Origin: Spirochaetia bacterium
Lineage (GTDB): Bacteria > Spirochaetota > Spirochaetia > SZUA-6 > Bin103
Assembly: GCA_965208575.1 (NCBI GenBank)
Contig: CBDBOV010000005.1
Span: forward strand, 128,001-192,000
Direction: 5' to 3'
DNA: 64,000 bases
This document shows positions 1-9,294 of the stretch, piece after piece. The position numbers and the translations under genes were made by a program. The notes under the pieces are model-generated. The model saw only the letters and a list, made by a program, of their open reading frames with translations, searched no databases and was not told the origin of the DNA. Position 1 is the stretch's first letter, and the number at the start of each line of letters is the position of its first letter.

Positions 1-64
1 AGGTCAGGATCGCCGCCAACAGCGTTACTCCGACGCCCAGCACCGCGATGGTATCGCCGCTCAT
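1..64 (-). CDS. Partial small membrane-anchored hypothetical protein (N-terminus only; runs off window)
   Basis: ATG at 64 preceded by GAGGTGA RBS; reads MSGDTIAVLGVGVTLLAAILT (hydrophobic helix). Confidence 0.45.
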   Translation of the reverse strand, partial: MSGDTIAVLGVGVTLLAAILT

Positions 65-216
65 GCCGTCATCACCTCATCCACTCCTGATGATCACAGC
101 ATATACCGATGGGAGGATAGCGTCACGCCCGTACAGGCGAACGAAGGCGAACGAGGCGAACCCACCATCCAGCCATGCGCGAGGTCTGCCGCCGCAGCGC
201 CCCGACCGGTAGCGCT

Positions 217-401
217 GGCCACACCGCCAGCCGCGGCGCGATCTCCATGTACTGGTGTCCCTCCCGGCTCAGCACGCCGCCCCAGCTCGGCACCGTGGTC
301 GGCAGCCCGAACCCCAGGAACAGCGCGTACGAGAGGTCGGTAACGAGATTGACCAGCACCACCACGGCGGCGAACACCAGGTTGACGCCCGACACGATCG
401 G
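217..401 (-). pseudogene. Fused fragments of OppC-like (217-320) and OppB-like (321-401) permease genes
   Basis: Matches segments of intact permeases at 7269-9172; the translation joins ...VTDLSYAL to FLGFGLPTTVPSWGG. Confidence 0.85.
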
Positions 402-618
402 CGCCTCGTTGCGGCTGCACACCGATGCCGGCCGCTACCGGCGCGACGTGCAGGTGACCAGCGGCTACCTGTCGAGCAACCCGCCCCGAGTCCACTTCGG
501 CTTGCCCGCCGGCGAGCGCCCGAGGCGGCTCACCATCCGCTGGCCGGACGGGTCCGAGGACGTGGTCGACGCGGCGCACGGCCTGGCGGCCGACACGCTG
601 CTGACCGTCACCCGGTAA
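397..618 (+). pseudogene. CRTAC1-family C-terminal (ASPIC/UnbV) fragment
   Basis: IGASLRLHTDAGRYRRDV...TLLTVTR* matches the end of 17018-18754; ATCGG microhomology with the oppB fragment. Confidence 0.85.
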
Positions 619-741
619 CACCCCACCGGGGGACCTGCAATCTTGCCTGCCCCCGAGGATACGAGGATGAGTCAGGCGCCAAGTTGGAGTGGGTTGCGCC
701 GCCGCTGCTCGACGTGCTGGCGAAGCGCGAGCCGTGGACGA

Positions 742-1686
742 TTATCCCCGATCCCTCACCAGCCGCAGAAAGTCCGCTTCGTCCCGGCACTCCAGCGCCG
801 CCCGCACCAGATCCTCGGCCGAGACGCCGTCAAGCTCGGCCAGCCGCCGTGGCAGCGCGGCCGACACCGGCACGCCCCGGGTCTCGAATACCTGCAACAC
901 CGCCGCGGTCAGCGCCTCCACCCGACCTTCCCGGCGCTCGGCGCGCAGCAACGGGTCGTCTTCCGGCCCCGTGCCTTCCGCCGCACCCAGCGTTCGCCCC
1001 ACCCGGCGCAACGCCGCGATGGTTGCGTCCGCCAGCTCGTCCTCGTTCAGCGCGATGTGAATCTCCGCCGCCGTCCAGCCCGGAAACGCCCGGCTACTCG
1101 ACGCCGTGCGATAGCCTTCGTCCGCCAACAGGTGAATCGTCAAGCCGGGACGCAGCCCCGCCGGACGGCTCGGCGACGCCGTGTCTGGCACCTCCACCCA
1201 CACTTCCGGAAACCCCCACGACTCGTAGAGTTCAAGCTTGCCGCGGCGTACGTCGGTGGTGTTGTCCACCTCCAGCACCACGTCCGGCAGCACGTCGCTG
1301 CCCACCTCGATGGCGGGACCCCAGGGCCGCGTCGCGCGCGGCCGCAGATACACCGTCTGGTCTGCCTCAAGGATACGCAGATAGGCGCCGTCCGCATCGC
1401 GCATCAGCAGGTCCGCGGCACCGAACGTCTCAATCGGCGAACCCCGCGTCTGGGCGATCAGCGTGAGCAGCGCCGCCAAGCGCTGCGGTGGCCGTTCGTG
1501 GTAGGTGCTGACCGGCTCGCACACCATGGCGACTTCCGTAGCGGCGTCCCAGTACTCGATGCGACCGTCGTAAGCGGCAATCTCATCACGCGATATACGC
1601 ACCGGCCGACAGCCGGGAAACTCCGGCCGCTCCGGCTCGCGCCCATCCGCCGGCCGCGGCACCGCGGTCACACTGTACTCAGCCAT
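742..1686 (-). CDS. Uma2-family PD-(D/E)XK endonuclease (type A)
   Basis: Motifs HERP..RL, EADQTVY, PDVVLEVD, KLELYESWGFPEVWV; start MAEYSV at 1686. Confidence 0.85.
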   Translation of the reverse strand: MAEYSVTAVPRPADGREPERPEFPGCRPVRISRDEIAAYDGRIEYWDAATEVAMVCEPVSTYHERPPQRLAALLTLIAQTRGSPIETFGAADLLMRDADGAYLRILEADQTVYLRPRATRPWGPAIEVGSDVLPDVVLEVDNTTDVRRGKLELYESWGFPEVWVEVPDTASPSRPAGLRPGLTIHLLADEGYRTASSSRAFPGWTAAEIHIALNEDELADATIAALRRVGRTLGAAEGTGPEDDPLLRAERREGRVEALTAAVLQVFETRGVPVSAALPRRLAELDGVSAEDLVRAALECRDEADFLRLVRDRG

Positions 1687-1848
1687 GGCGCCGATCTTAA
1701 CACATGGCGGCTCCTGCAATGCAGGCGCTATGACGCGCGGCACGCGGCTGAAATCCCTCGGCAGCTTGGTTGTATGAACGGGGCGATGCTTTGCGTTTGA
1801 CAACTACCGTCCGCCGCCGTGATTATCGGTGCCATGCATGGAGGCGCC

Positions 1849-2688
1849 ATGAAAGACTATAGAGACAAGGTAGCGGTGATCACCGGCGCAGGGCGCGGCA
1901 TCGGCCGAGGGATCGCCCTCCGTTGTGCCAAGGAGGGGATGAAGGTCGTCTTGGCCGGATTCGGGATGGAACCCCTCACCAGGACCGCCGCCGACCTGGA
2001 GGCGCTGGGGGCGGAGACGCTGATCGTCCAGACGGATGTATCCGAGGCAGCACAGGTGGAGAACCTGGCAGCAGCCACGATCGAAGCCTTTGGCCACGTC
2101 GACCTGCTGGTGAACAACGCCGGGGTCGCCCAGCCGGGCAAGACACTGGAGCTCACACTGGACGACTGGAACTGGGTAATGGGGGTCAATTTCTACGGAG
2201 TGCTTCATGGCCTGCGTGCATTCGTCCCCCGCATGATCGAACGGAAGCAACCCAGTCACGTGGTCAATGTCTCATCCCTTTCCGGCGTGCTCCCGGCGGG
2301 CGGGTCGTACGGGGTCTCGAAACATGCCGTACTGGTGCTGACCGAGTCGCTATATCGGGAGTTGGCCGAGTCGGCGCCCCACGTCAAGGTTTCGGTGCTC
2401 TGCCCGGGTTGGGTGGCGACCGAGTTTTACCGCGTGGATCAATCTCGTCCCGAACGTTTCAAAGGGGCGACGACCGAGGTCACCGACGAGTACCGGGAGA
2501 CTTGGCGCGGGTGGCTGACCGCAGGAATCACGACCGACCAGCTCGCCGGGATCCTGTTCGACGGCCTGGCGCACGACCAACTGTACATCGGCGTCCAGGG
2601 CTTCCGGGCAGCGGGGCAGGATGTCGGAGAGTCGATTATGGCCCGGGCTCAGAATATCGTCCAGGAGAAGAATCCACCCATCTCGTAA
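1849..2688 (+). CDS. SDR family NAD(P)-dependent oxidoreductase (copy 1)
   Basis: TGAGRGIG, NNAG and YGVSK motifs; GGAGG RBS before ATG 1849. Confidence 0.92.
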   Translation: MKDYRDKVAVITGAGRGIGRGIALRCAKEGMKVVLAGFGMEPLTRTAADLEALGAETLIVQTDVSEAAQVENLAAATIEAFGHVDLLVNNAGVAQPGKTLELTLDDWNWVMGVNFYGVLHGLRAFVPRMIERKQPSHVVNVSSLSGVLPAGGSYGVSKHAVLVLTESLYRELAESAPHVKVSVLCPGWVATEFYRVDQSRPERFKGATTEVTDEYRETWRGWLTAGITTDQLAGILFDGLAHDQLYIGVQGFRAAGQDVGESIMARAQNIVQEKNPPIS

Positions 2689-2759
2689 CCTGATCTATCC
2701 CGTTCTCGATGTCGGCCAAGTGCTTGATCAGCGTCCGTGCGCTGGGGACCAAGGTTGCT

Positions 2760-2871
2760 GACCGCCTGTGCGCCGTAGGCGCCGAGGCGGCCGCTGCCGC
2801 CGCGCAGGCGCAGGTCGAGCAGGTCGCGCACCGCGTCGCCGACCATGTTCAGGCAGTACACCACCACCGTC
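2760..2871 (-). pseudogene. OppC-like permease 3' fragment
   Basis: TVVVYCLNMVGDAVRDLLDLRLRGGSGRLGAYGAQAV, nearly identical to the intact copies. Confidence 0.85.
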
Positions 2872-3026
2872 CGGCGATTGTCGCCCTCCGCGACATCTTC
2901 ACGGTGGTACCGCTTGACGCGCAGATTCTCGATCAATCGATCGACTCTGCCCGTGGCGACTTCGAGGATGCGATCCAGCTTCACTCGGCGGTCAGGGTTG
3001 GAGCACGCTATCTGGTGACGAGGAAC
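2872..3026 (+). pseudogene. PIN-domain protein C-terminal fragment
   Basis: DFEDAIQLHSAV...YLVTRN is the typical PIN C-terminal signature; no start or N-terminus. Confidence 0.7.
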
Positions 3027-3177
3027 AGGGCGCGTTCTCACGCCACGGCGGCATCCCCCTGCGCGTGGTCGACCTGCCGGGACGCGCGGATCGCCGCCCT
3101 GATCGGCAGATCGGCAGCACCGCCTTCATGCGCAAGCAGGCCGGCTTCGCCTGTTCCGTGCCAGGTCGCGTCGCCGG

Positions 3178-4725
3178 TCAGGCGTCGGCGGTCTCGAAGG
3201 CGGTGATGTTGCGGGAGGCGCGGCTGAACTCGACGCCGATGAGATGGATGGGGGCGCCGGCCGCGCGGTACTTGTCGGCGTAGCGGCGCTCCTGCAACTG
3301 GGCGAGCGCGGAGCCGGGCGGCGCCATCTCCGCCACCTTGAACTCGAACAGGTAGACGTGGCCGGCGGTGCGCACCGCCATGTCCAGCCGCCCGTGGCTG
3401 CTCGACTCCTCCACGGCGATGTCGTAGCCGAGCGCGGCGAAGTAGGAGTAGAACACGCTGGCGTAGAAGCCTTCGTAGTCGGCGATGTCGTTGTTGGTGT
3501 ACCAGTGGTACGGGATGCTGGCGAAGAAGGCGTGGAACAGCACCTTCAGGCCGGCGCAGTCGTGCGCCTCCAGCAGGCTTGCAAGGCGGATGCTGTTGGT
3601 GGTCTGGTGCGCGGTGTCCCGCACCAGGTGGCGCAGCAGGACCCGGTTCAGGCTCTGCCGCACCTCCCGGTTGGGATAGCCGAGCCGGTACAGCGCCTCG
3701 CCGCCCAGCCGCTCTTCGGCGGTGATGGTCAGGTAGCCGGTCTGGAACAGCAGCGCCTCGGTGCCGATCTGATCCACGTCGAACGTGGACAACAACTCGG
3801 CGGTGCCGACCATGTCATCGAGCGACACCGTCGAGACGCGGCGTTCGAACAGCTTGTCGACCAGGAACGCCGGTGTACCAGTCTCGAACCAGTGATCGGC
3901 GAACTTGCGGCGGCGCAGGAACAGCAGCACGTCGTAGGGGTTGTACACCTTCTCCGTGCCCAGCCAGCTATAGCCGTTGTACCACTCGCGCACCCGCTCC
4001 CGGTCCACCCCGCCGAACTCGGGCGCGAACACCTCGTCCAGGTCGTCCTCCGTGTAGCCACAGATCGACGAGTACACCGGATCGAGCGTGATGTCGGTGA
4101 GGTTGTTCAAGTCCGAGAAAAGGCTCACCTTGGTGAATTTGCTCACTCCCGTCACGAACGTGAACCGTACGTGGGCGTCGCTCGACTTGATCATCCCATA
4201 GAAGCCGCGCAGGAAGTCGCGGTTGGCCACTGCCATCTCCGGGTCGGCGAGCGCATCGAGGATCGGCTTGTCGTACTCGTCAACCAACACCACGACCCGC
4301 TGCCCGGTCCGGCGATGCATGGTCTGCAGAAGTCGCCGTAAGCGTCCCGGCGCGCCCACCTCGCGCGCCGGAACACCCGCCGTCTCTTCCAGGTACTCCA
4401 GTTGGAGCGTCACGTCCTCGTTCAGACTCCCCGGTTCCTTGAAGCTGCCGCCGGCGAAGTCCAGCCGCACTACCGGGCAGCGTTCCGACCAGTTCCAGCG
4501 GTCGTGCACGTGCAGGCCCCTGAACAGTGGTTCGTTGCCTTCGAACAGTTCCTTCAGCGTGTCCAGGAACAGGCTCTTGCCGAACCGGCGGGGACGTGAC
4601 AGGAAGTAATGGGCGCCTTCGTCGAGCAGACGTTCGATGAAGTTCGTCTTGTCCACGTAGTAGCAGTCCTGCTCCCGCAGCTTGCGGAACGTCTGCATGC
4701 CGATCGGCAGTCTACGCCTGGTCAC
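3178..4725 (-). CDS. AAA-ATPase-like protein with C-terminal PD-(D/E)XK nuclease domain
   Basis: LPIGMQTF, YVDKT, RPRRFGKS (Walker A), LVDEYDKP (Walker B), GRLDM...LFEFK, ALAQL..RRY. Confidence 0.9.
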   Translation of the reverse strand: MTRRRLPIGMQTFRKLREQDCYYVDKTNFIERLLDEGAHYFLSRPRRFGKSLFLDTLKELFEGNEPLFRGLHVHDRWNWSERCPVVRLDFAGGSFKEPGSLNEDVTLQLEYLEETAGVPAREVGAPGRLRRLLQTMHRRTGQRVVVLVDEYDKPILDALADPEMAVANRDFLRGFYGMIKSSDAHVRFTFVTGVSKFTKVSLFSDLNNLTDITLDPVYSSICGYTEDDLDEVFAPEFGGVDRERVREWYNGYSWLGTEKVYNPYDVLLFLRRRKFADHWFETGTPAFLVDKLFERRVSTVSLDDMVGTAELLSTFDVDQIGTEALLFQTGYLTITAEERLGGEALYRLGYPNREVRQSLNRVLLRHLVRDTAHQTTNSIRLASLLEAHDCAGLKVLFHAFFASIPYHWYTNNDIADYEGFYASVFYSYFAALGYDIAVEESSSHGRLDMAVRTAGHVYLFEFKVAEMAPPGSALAQLQERRYADKYRAAGAPIHLIGVEFSRASRNITAFETADA

Positions 4726-4847
4726 CAGTTCATCCTACCCCACCGCGCGGCGGCACGAAACCGGGCGCATCGCCTCACGCCAATCCACACGAACGGTAAC
4801 CGTCGCCGACCGGCAGCGCTTGCAGCCGGGACGACGGGCTCCGTGGG

Positions 4848-5112
4848 TCACCTTCGTGCGGGAGGTGTAGTCGCCCCTCCTTTTCCGACCGCCTGGGCGC
4901 CGTAGGCGCCGAGGCGGCCGCTGCCGCCGCGCAGGCGCGGGTCGAGCAGGTCGCGCACCGCGTCGCCGACCATGTTCAGGCAGTACACCACCACCGTCAG
5001 ACACAGGCCCGGCCACACCGCCAGCCGCGGCGCGATCTCCATGTACTCGCGCCCCTCCCGGCTCAGCATGCCGCCCCAGCTCGGCACCGTGGTCGGCAAT
5101 CCGAACCCCAGG
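4848..5112 (-). pseudogene. OppC-like permease 3' fragment
   Basis: LGFGLPTTVPSWGG...GAQAVG... matches 7269-7530. Confidence 0.85.
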
Positions 5113-5136
5113 ACCACGGCCTTGAAGGATGGCACC

Positions 5137-6156
5137 ATGACCTCACCGATGTTCGACCTGGAGCACGTCGAGGTCTCGCCCAGCGGGCGCTACCAAGCAG
5201 CGCAACCCCGGCCCGCCCAGCCCGCCGAGCCGCCGGCGTTCCCGGGCTGCACGCCGGTGCACCTGCCGCGCACCGAGATCGACCGCTTCGAGGGGCGGCT
5301 CGAGTATTGGGATTCGGCCACCGAGACCGCCTGGATCAGCGAGCCCACCACTTCCTATCACGAACGCCCGTCGCGCCTGGTGACCCGCTTGGCCGAGATG
5401 GTTGGCCGGGTGCGCGGGTCGCCGATCGAGTCGTACGGCTCGATGGACCTGCTGCTGCGCGACCCCGACAGCGAGCCGCGGCGCATCATGCAGGCCGACG
5501 AGTCGGTGTACCTGCATCCGGCGCGCGCCAAGCTGCCGGGGGCCGCCATGGTGGTAGGCGAGGACGACTTTCCCGACGTGGTGCTGGAGGTGGATCACAC
5601 CACCGACGTGCACCGCGGCAAGCTCGCGCTGTACGAATCGTGGGGCTTCCCGGAAGTGTGGGTGGAGGTGCCGGACACTCCGTCGCCGAGCCGGCCGCAC
5701 CGGCGCCGCCCGGGACTGACCATTCATGTGCTCGAGCACGGCCGGTTCCGGGTTGCAACCGAGAGCCGTGCATTTCCCGGCTGGCGGGCCGAGGAGATTC
5801 ACTTGGCGCTGAACGAGCCGGTGCCGTCGGCGCAGACGAGCGCGGCGGTGGAACGGGTTGCAACGGCGCTCGGTGAGCGCGAAGGCACCGGCCCGGACGA
5901 CGACCCGCTGCTGCGCTCGCAACGGCGCCAGGGGTTCGAGCGCGGCCTGGCGGAAGGTCGCTTACGGATGGTCCGCCAGATTCTGCGGTCACGGGGCATT
6001 GCAGTGTCGGCGCGGTTCTCCGCCGCTGCGGAAGCGCTCGCCGCGGCGTCCGAGGAGGCGCTGCTGGCGGCGGCCAACCTGCAGTTGCTGACCGGCGGCC
6101 GCTACGGTGTTCGGCATCGGTGCCGGATGGGTCGAGCGCGAGTACCACGCCTATGA
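5137..6156 (+). CDS. Chimeric Uma2-family endonuclease (type B body; N-terminus from dhp-like gene, C-terminus from LLM gene)
   Basis: MTSPMFDLEHVEVS (dhp-like) in frame with a Uma2 body nearly identical to 60510-61405, then ANLQLLTGGRY (LLM). Confidence 0.6.
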   Translation: MTSPMFDLEHVEVSPSGRYQAAQPRPAQPAEPPAFPGCTPVHLPRTEIDRFEGRLEYWDSATETAWISEPTTSYHERPSRLVTRLAEMVGRVRGSPIESYGSMDLLLRDPDSEPRRIMQADESVYLHPARAKLPGAAMVVGEDDFPDVVLEVDHTTDVHRGKLALYESWGFPEVWVEVPDTPSPSRPHRRRPGLTIHVLEHGRFRVATESRAFPGWRAEEIHLALNEPVPSAQTSAAVERVATALGEREGTGPDDDPLLRSQRRQGFERGLAEGRLRMVRQILRSRGIAVSARFSAAAEALAAASEEALLAAANLQLLTGGRYGVRHRCRMGRARVPRL

Positions 6157-6375
6157 CTACGAGTTCCCGAAGCCGGCCGTGCGCATCGCCCAACTGGACG
6201 AGGCCGTGCAGATCGTCAGAAAGCTCTGGACCGAAGCGCCCGCCACCTTCCACGGCAGCTACTACCGGGTCACCGACGCCTACTGCGAACCGCGGCCGGA
6301 CCCCGCACCGCCACTGTTGATCGGCGGTGGCGGCGAACAACTGACCCTGCGGGTGGTGGCCAAGTACGCCGACTG
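6067..6375 (+). pseudogene. LLM-class oxidoreductase internal fragment
   Basis: Matches ~12402-12708. Confidence 0.85.
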
Positions 6376-6378
6376 CAC

Positions 6379-6457
6379 GTACTGGCGCCCCTCGCGGCTC
6401 ATCATGCCCCCAGCTCGGCACCGTGGTCGGCAGCCCGAACCCAAGGAAGCTCAGCGA
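6379..6457 (-). pseudogene. OppC-like permease internal fragment
   Basis: SLSFLGFGLPTTVPSWG; diverged copy. Confidence 0.75.
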
Positions 6458-6474
6458 TTCTCCCGGGCGGGCGT

Positions 6475-6837
6475 TCACCCTGTTCGAAGTCGGACGCGGC
6501 CTGCTTCGACAACTGCTAGTTTGCCCTCAATCATCGACAGTATTTCTTCCCGTCGGAGGAATGTCGTCAGCAACCTTAGTATGAAGGAAGTCGTTGCGTG
6601 ACGAGGTAGACGCAAGACCACGATGCCAGCATGACTTGACGGAGGATATCGCCGGACATCCCCGAACCCCGAATCGCCAGTGAGTAGGCATAACTCTTTC
6701 GACCGCGCATATTCCGCGATCTGCTCGTCACTGGAGGCCGCCATCCCTATGTCCCGAACGTCAACCGACTCGTGACCGCTAGCGGCGATCACACTACCTA
6801 CAGCGCGGGGTAGATCCGCGTCGATGATGAATCGCAA
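6475..6837 (-). CDS. DUF5615 PIN-like toxin
   Basis: MRFIIDADLP...ASSDEQI..YA...LLTGDSGFG...GIVVLR; directly downstream of DUF433. Confidence 0.85.
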   Translation of the reverse strand: MRFIIDADLPRAVGSVIAASGHESVDVRDIGMAASSDEQIAEYARSKELCLLTGDSGFGDVRRYPPSSHAGIVVLRLPRHATTSFILRLLTTFLRREEILSMIEGKLAVVEAGRVRLRTG

Positions 6838-6842
6838 ACCGA

Positions 6843-7067
6843 TCAGGTTGCAGGTAGAGGAAAAACCTCTTCTGCTTCGACGAGTTCCTCGGCGTACTCA
6901 AGAGCGGCCCGTACATCTGCGTCTACAACGTCATATTCTTCGCAAATCTCTTTTCGCGTTGCCCCACCTGCAAGGCTTCCAATAATTCGATGCACAGGCA
7001 CCCGAGTCCCTCGCACCACCGGCTTCCCATGACGGATAGAGGGGTCGATCATTATTCGTTCATTCAT
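6843..7067 (-). CDS. DUF433 antitoxin
   Basis: MNERIMIDPSIRHGKPVVRGTRVPV...DVRAALEYA; GGAGGTGA RBS. Confidence 0.9.
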   Translation of the reverse strand: MNERIMIDPSIRHGKPVVRGTRVPVHRIIGSLAGGATRKEICEEYDVVDADVRAALEYAEELVEAEEVFPLPAT

Positions 7068-7268
7068 CCTGTCACCTCCATGCGAGTGAGACGTTGCAAC
7101 TCTCACAACAGCGGAAACCCATACGCCACGCTGGGAGGCTCTGCTTGTATCTGCTTGTACCAGCGTAACACCGCAGGGACTCTCCGCGAGTGATTCGGCT
7201 GCCATACTACGCTTCAGGCGGCACCTCAGCAAGCGCGCCGGCCCTCCCTGGACTGACCGCTCGGTGGT

Positions 7269-8189
7269 TCACTTCCGCGCGGGCCGTGCGGTCGAATCGG
7301 CTTGTCCGACCGCCTGCGCGCCGTAGGCGCCGAGGCGGCCGCTGCCGCCGCGCAGGCGCGGGTCGAGCAGGTCGCGCACCGCGTCGCCGACCATGTTCAG
7401 GCAGTACACCACCACCGTCAGACACAGGCCCGGCCACACCGCCAGCCGCGGCGCGATCTCCATGTACTCGCGCCCCTCCCGGCTCAGCATGCCGCCCCAG
7501 CTCGGCACAGTCGTGGGCAGGCCGAACCCCAGAAAGCTCAAGCTGGCCTCGCTGATCACCACCGCGCCGATGTTGATGCTGTAGATCACGATCAGCACCG
7601 GCGCGATGTTGGGCAGCAGGTGGTGCAAGAGGGTCCGCCAGCGCGAGCTGCCCACCGCCCGCGCCGCCTCGAAGTAGACCTGCTCCCTGGCGCCGATCAC
7701 CGCGCCCCTTACCACCCGCGAGCCGCCGATGCCGCCCAGCACCCCCAGCACCACGATGATCTGCAGCACCCCCCGGCCGACCACCGACATCACCGTCAGC
7801 AGGATCAGCAGGCCGGGAATCGACATCCAGGCATCGACCAGCCGCTGCACCGTCGGGTCGAGCCGGCCGCCGATGAAGCCGGACGCGCCGCCCACGACCA
7901 GCGCCACCAGCACGTTGACGGCGGTCGCGGCCAGGCCGACGCCGAGGGTGAGGCGGGCGCCGTAGATCAGCCGGCTGGCGAAGTCGCGGCCCAACTGGTC
8001 GGTGCCCAGCGGGTAGCGCGCCGAGGAGCCCTGCAGCCGGTCCATCAGGAACACCTCGTTGGGACCGAAAGGGGCCAGCACGTCGGCCAACAGCGCCACC
8101 AGGATCAACAACAGCAGCACGATCCCGAGCACCACCGCCAACGGCTTCTCCCGGCGCAGCCGGACAAAGAAATCGGCGAACGCGCCCAT
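7269..8189 (-). CDS. Peptide/nickel ABC transporter permease, OppC/DppC-like (copy 1)
   Basis: LGTDQLGRD, EAARAVG loop, HLLPN, LSFLGFG..PSWG. Confidence 0.9.
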   Translation of the reverse strand: MGAFADFFVRLRREKPLAVVLGIVLLLLILVALLADVLAPFGPNEVFLMDRLQGSSARYPLGTDQLGRDFASRLIYGARLTLGVGLAATAVNVLVALVVGGASGFIGGRLDPTVQRLVDAWMSIPGLLILLTVMSVVGRGVLQIIVVLGVLGGIGGSRVVRGAVIGAREQVYFEAARAVGSSRWRTLLHHLLPNIAPVLIVIYSINIGAVVISEASLSFLGFGLPTTVPSWGGMLSREGREYMEIAPRLAVWPGLCLTVVVYCLNMVGDAVRDLLDPRLRGGSGRLGAYGAQAVGQADSTARPARK

Positions 8190-8200
8190 CGGCGCCTTCC

Positions 8201-9172
8201 CTACCGATAGCGCACGCGCGGGTCGATCAGCGCGTACGAGAGGTCGGTAACCAGATTGACCAGCACCACCACGGCGGCGAACACCAGGTTGACGCCCGAC
8301 ACGATCGGGTAGTCCCTGATCGAAAGCGCATCCACCAGCAGCCGCCCCAGCCCCGGCAGGTTGAAGATGTTCTCGATGATCACCGAGCCCCCCACCAGGA
8401 TCGGCACCTGCAGGGCGACCAGGCTGACCACCGGGATCAGGGTGTTCTTGACGGCGTGGCGCAGGATCACCGATCGCTCCAGCAGGCCCTTGGCCCACGC
8501 GGTCCTGATGTAGTCCTGTCTGAGCACCTCCAGCATCATGGTCCGCGTCATCCGCATGGTGGCCGCGGACAGATAGGTCCCGAGGATCAGGCTGGGCACG
8601 GCGAATCCCGCCAGGCTCCCGAGCGGGTCGTCCGCGAAGGAGACCAGCACCAACGGTGGGGACCAGCGCCACCAGATGGCGGGAAACAGGATCACCATGG
8701 TGGCCAGCCAGAAGTTGGGCGTGGCCAAGCCGAGGATGGCCAGCGAACGGCCCACGTAGTCGGCGGCGGTATCCTGGCGGATCGCCGAGTAGATACCGAC
8801 CGGCACGGCGATCACCAGCCCGATGACGATCGCCATCAGGCCGAGCTGAACGGTCACCGGCAGCCGCTGGGCGATGCTCTGCTCCACGGTGTCGCCGCCC
8901 ATCAGTGGCTCGCCGAGCGTGCCGCGCAGCACGATCCCGCCCACCCAGCGCCCATACTGGACGTAGACCGGCACGTCCAACCCCAGCCGGCGCTCCATGG
9001 CTGCGCGGTCGATCCCCTCATGCCCGAGTCTCGACCAGGAGCGTTCCATTTGCATTTGCATGACGTCGATGACATCGCCCGGGAGGAAGCGGACCAACAG
9101 AAACACCAGGACGGTCACGAGGAACAGGGTCGGGATGACCATCAACAGCCGCCGGACGGCATACGCCCTCAT
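8201..9172 (-). CDS. Peptide/nickel ABC transporter permease, OppB/DppB-like (copy 1)
   Basis: PGD, LGLD.P..QY, QDYIRTAWAKG, RDYP, DPRVRY. Confidence 0.92.
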   Translation of the reverse strand: MRAYAVRRLLMVIPTLFLVTVLVFLLVRFLPGDVIDVMQMQMERSWSRLGHEGIDRAAMERRLGLDVPVYVQYGRWVGGIVLRGTLGEPLMGGDTVEQSIAQRLPVTVQLGLMAIVIGLVIAVPVGIYSAIRQDTAADYVGRSLAILGLATPNFWLATMVILFPAIWWRWSPPLVLVSFADDPLGSLAGFAVPSLILGTYLSAATMRMTRTMMLEVLRQDYIRTAWAKGLLERSVILRHAVKNTLIPVVSLVALQVPILVGGSVIIENIFNLPGLGRLLVDALSIRDYPIVSGVNLVFAAVVVLVNLVTDLSYALIDPRVRYR

Positions 9173-9294
9173 GCATTACGCTCCATCGTTTGTGGGGGAC
9201 TGAGCTAGCAGCCCGTGGCGAAACTCCGGCTGCTAGGAGCAGGGCCGGCCGCCGGCCGTGCGCGACCCCACCCCAACTGCACACGCGCCGCGCG

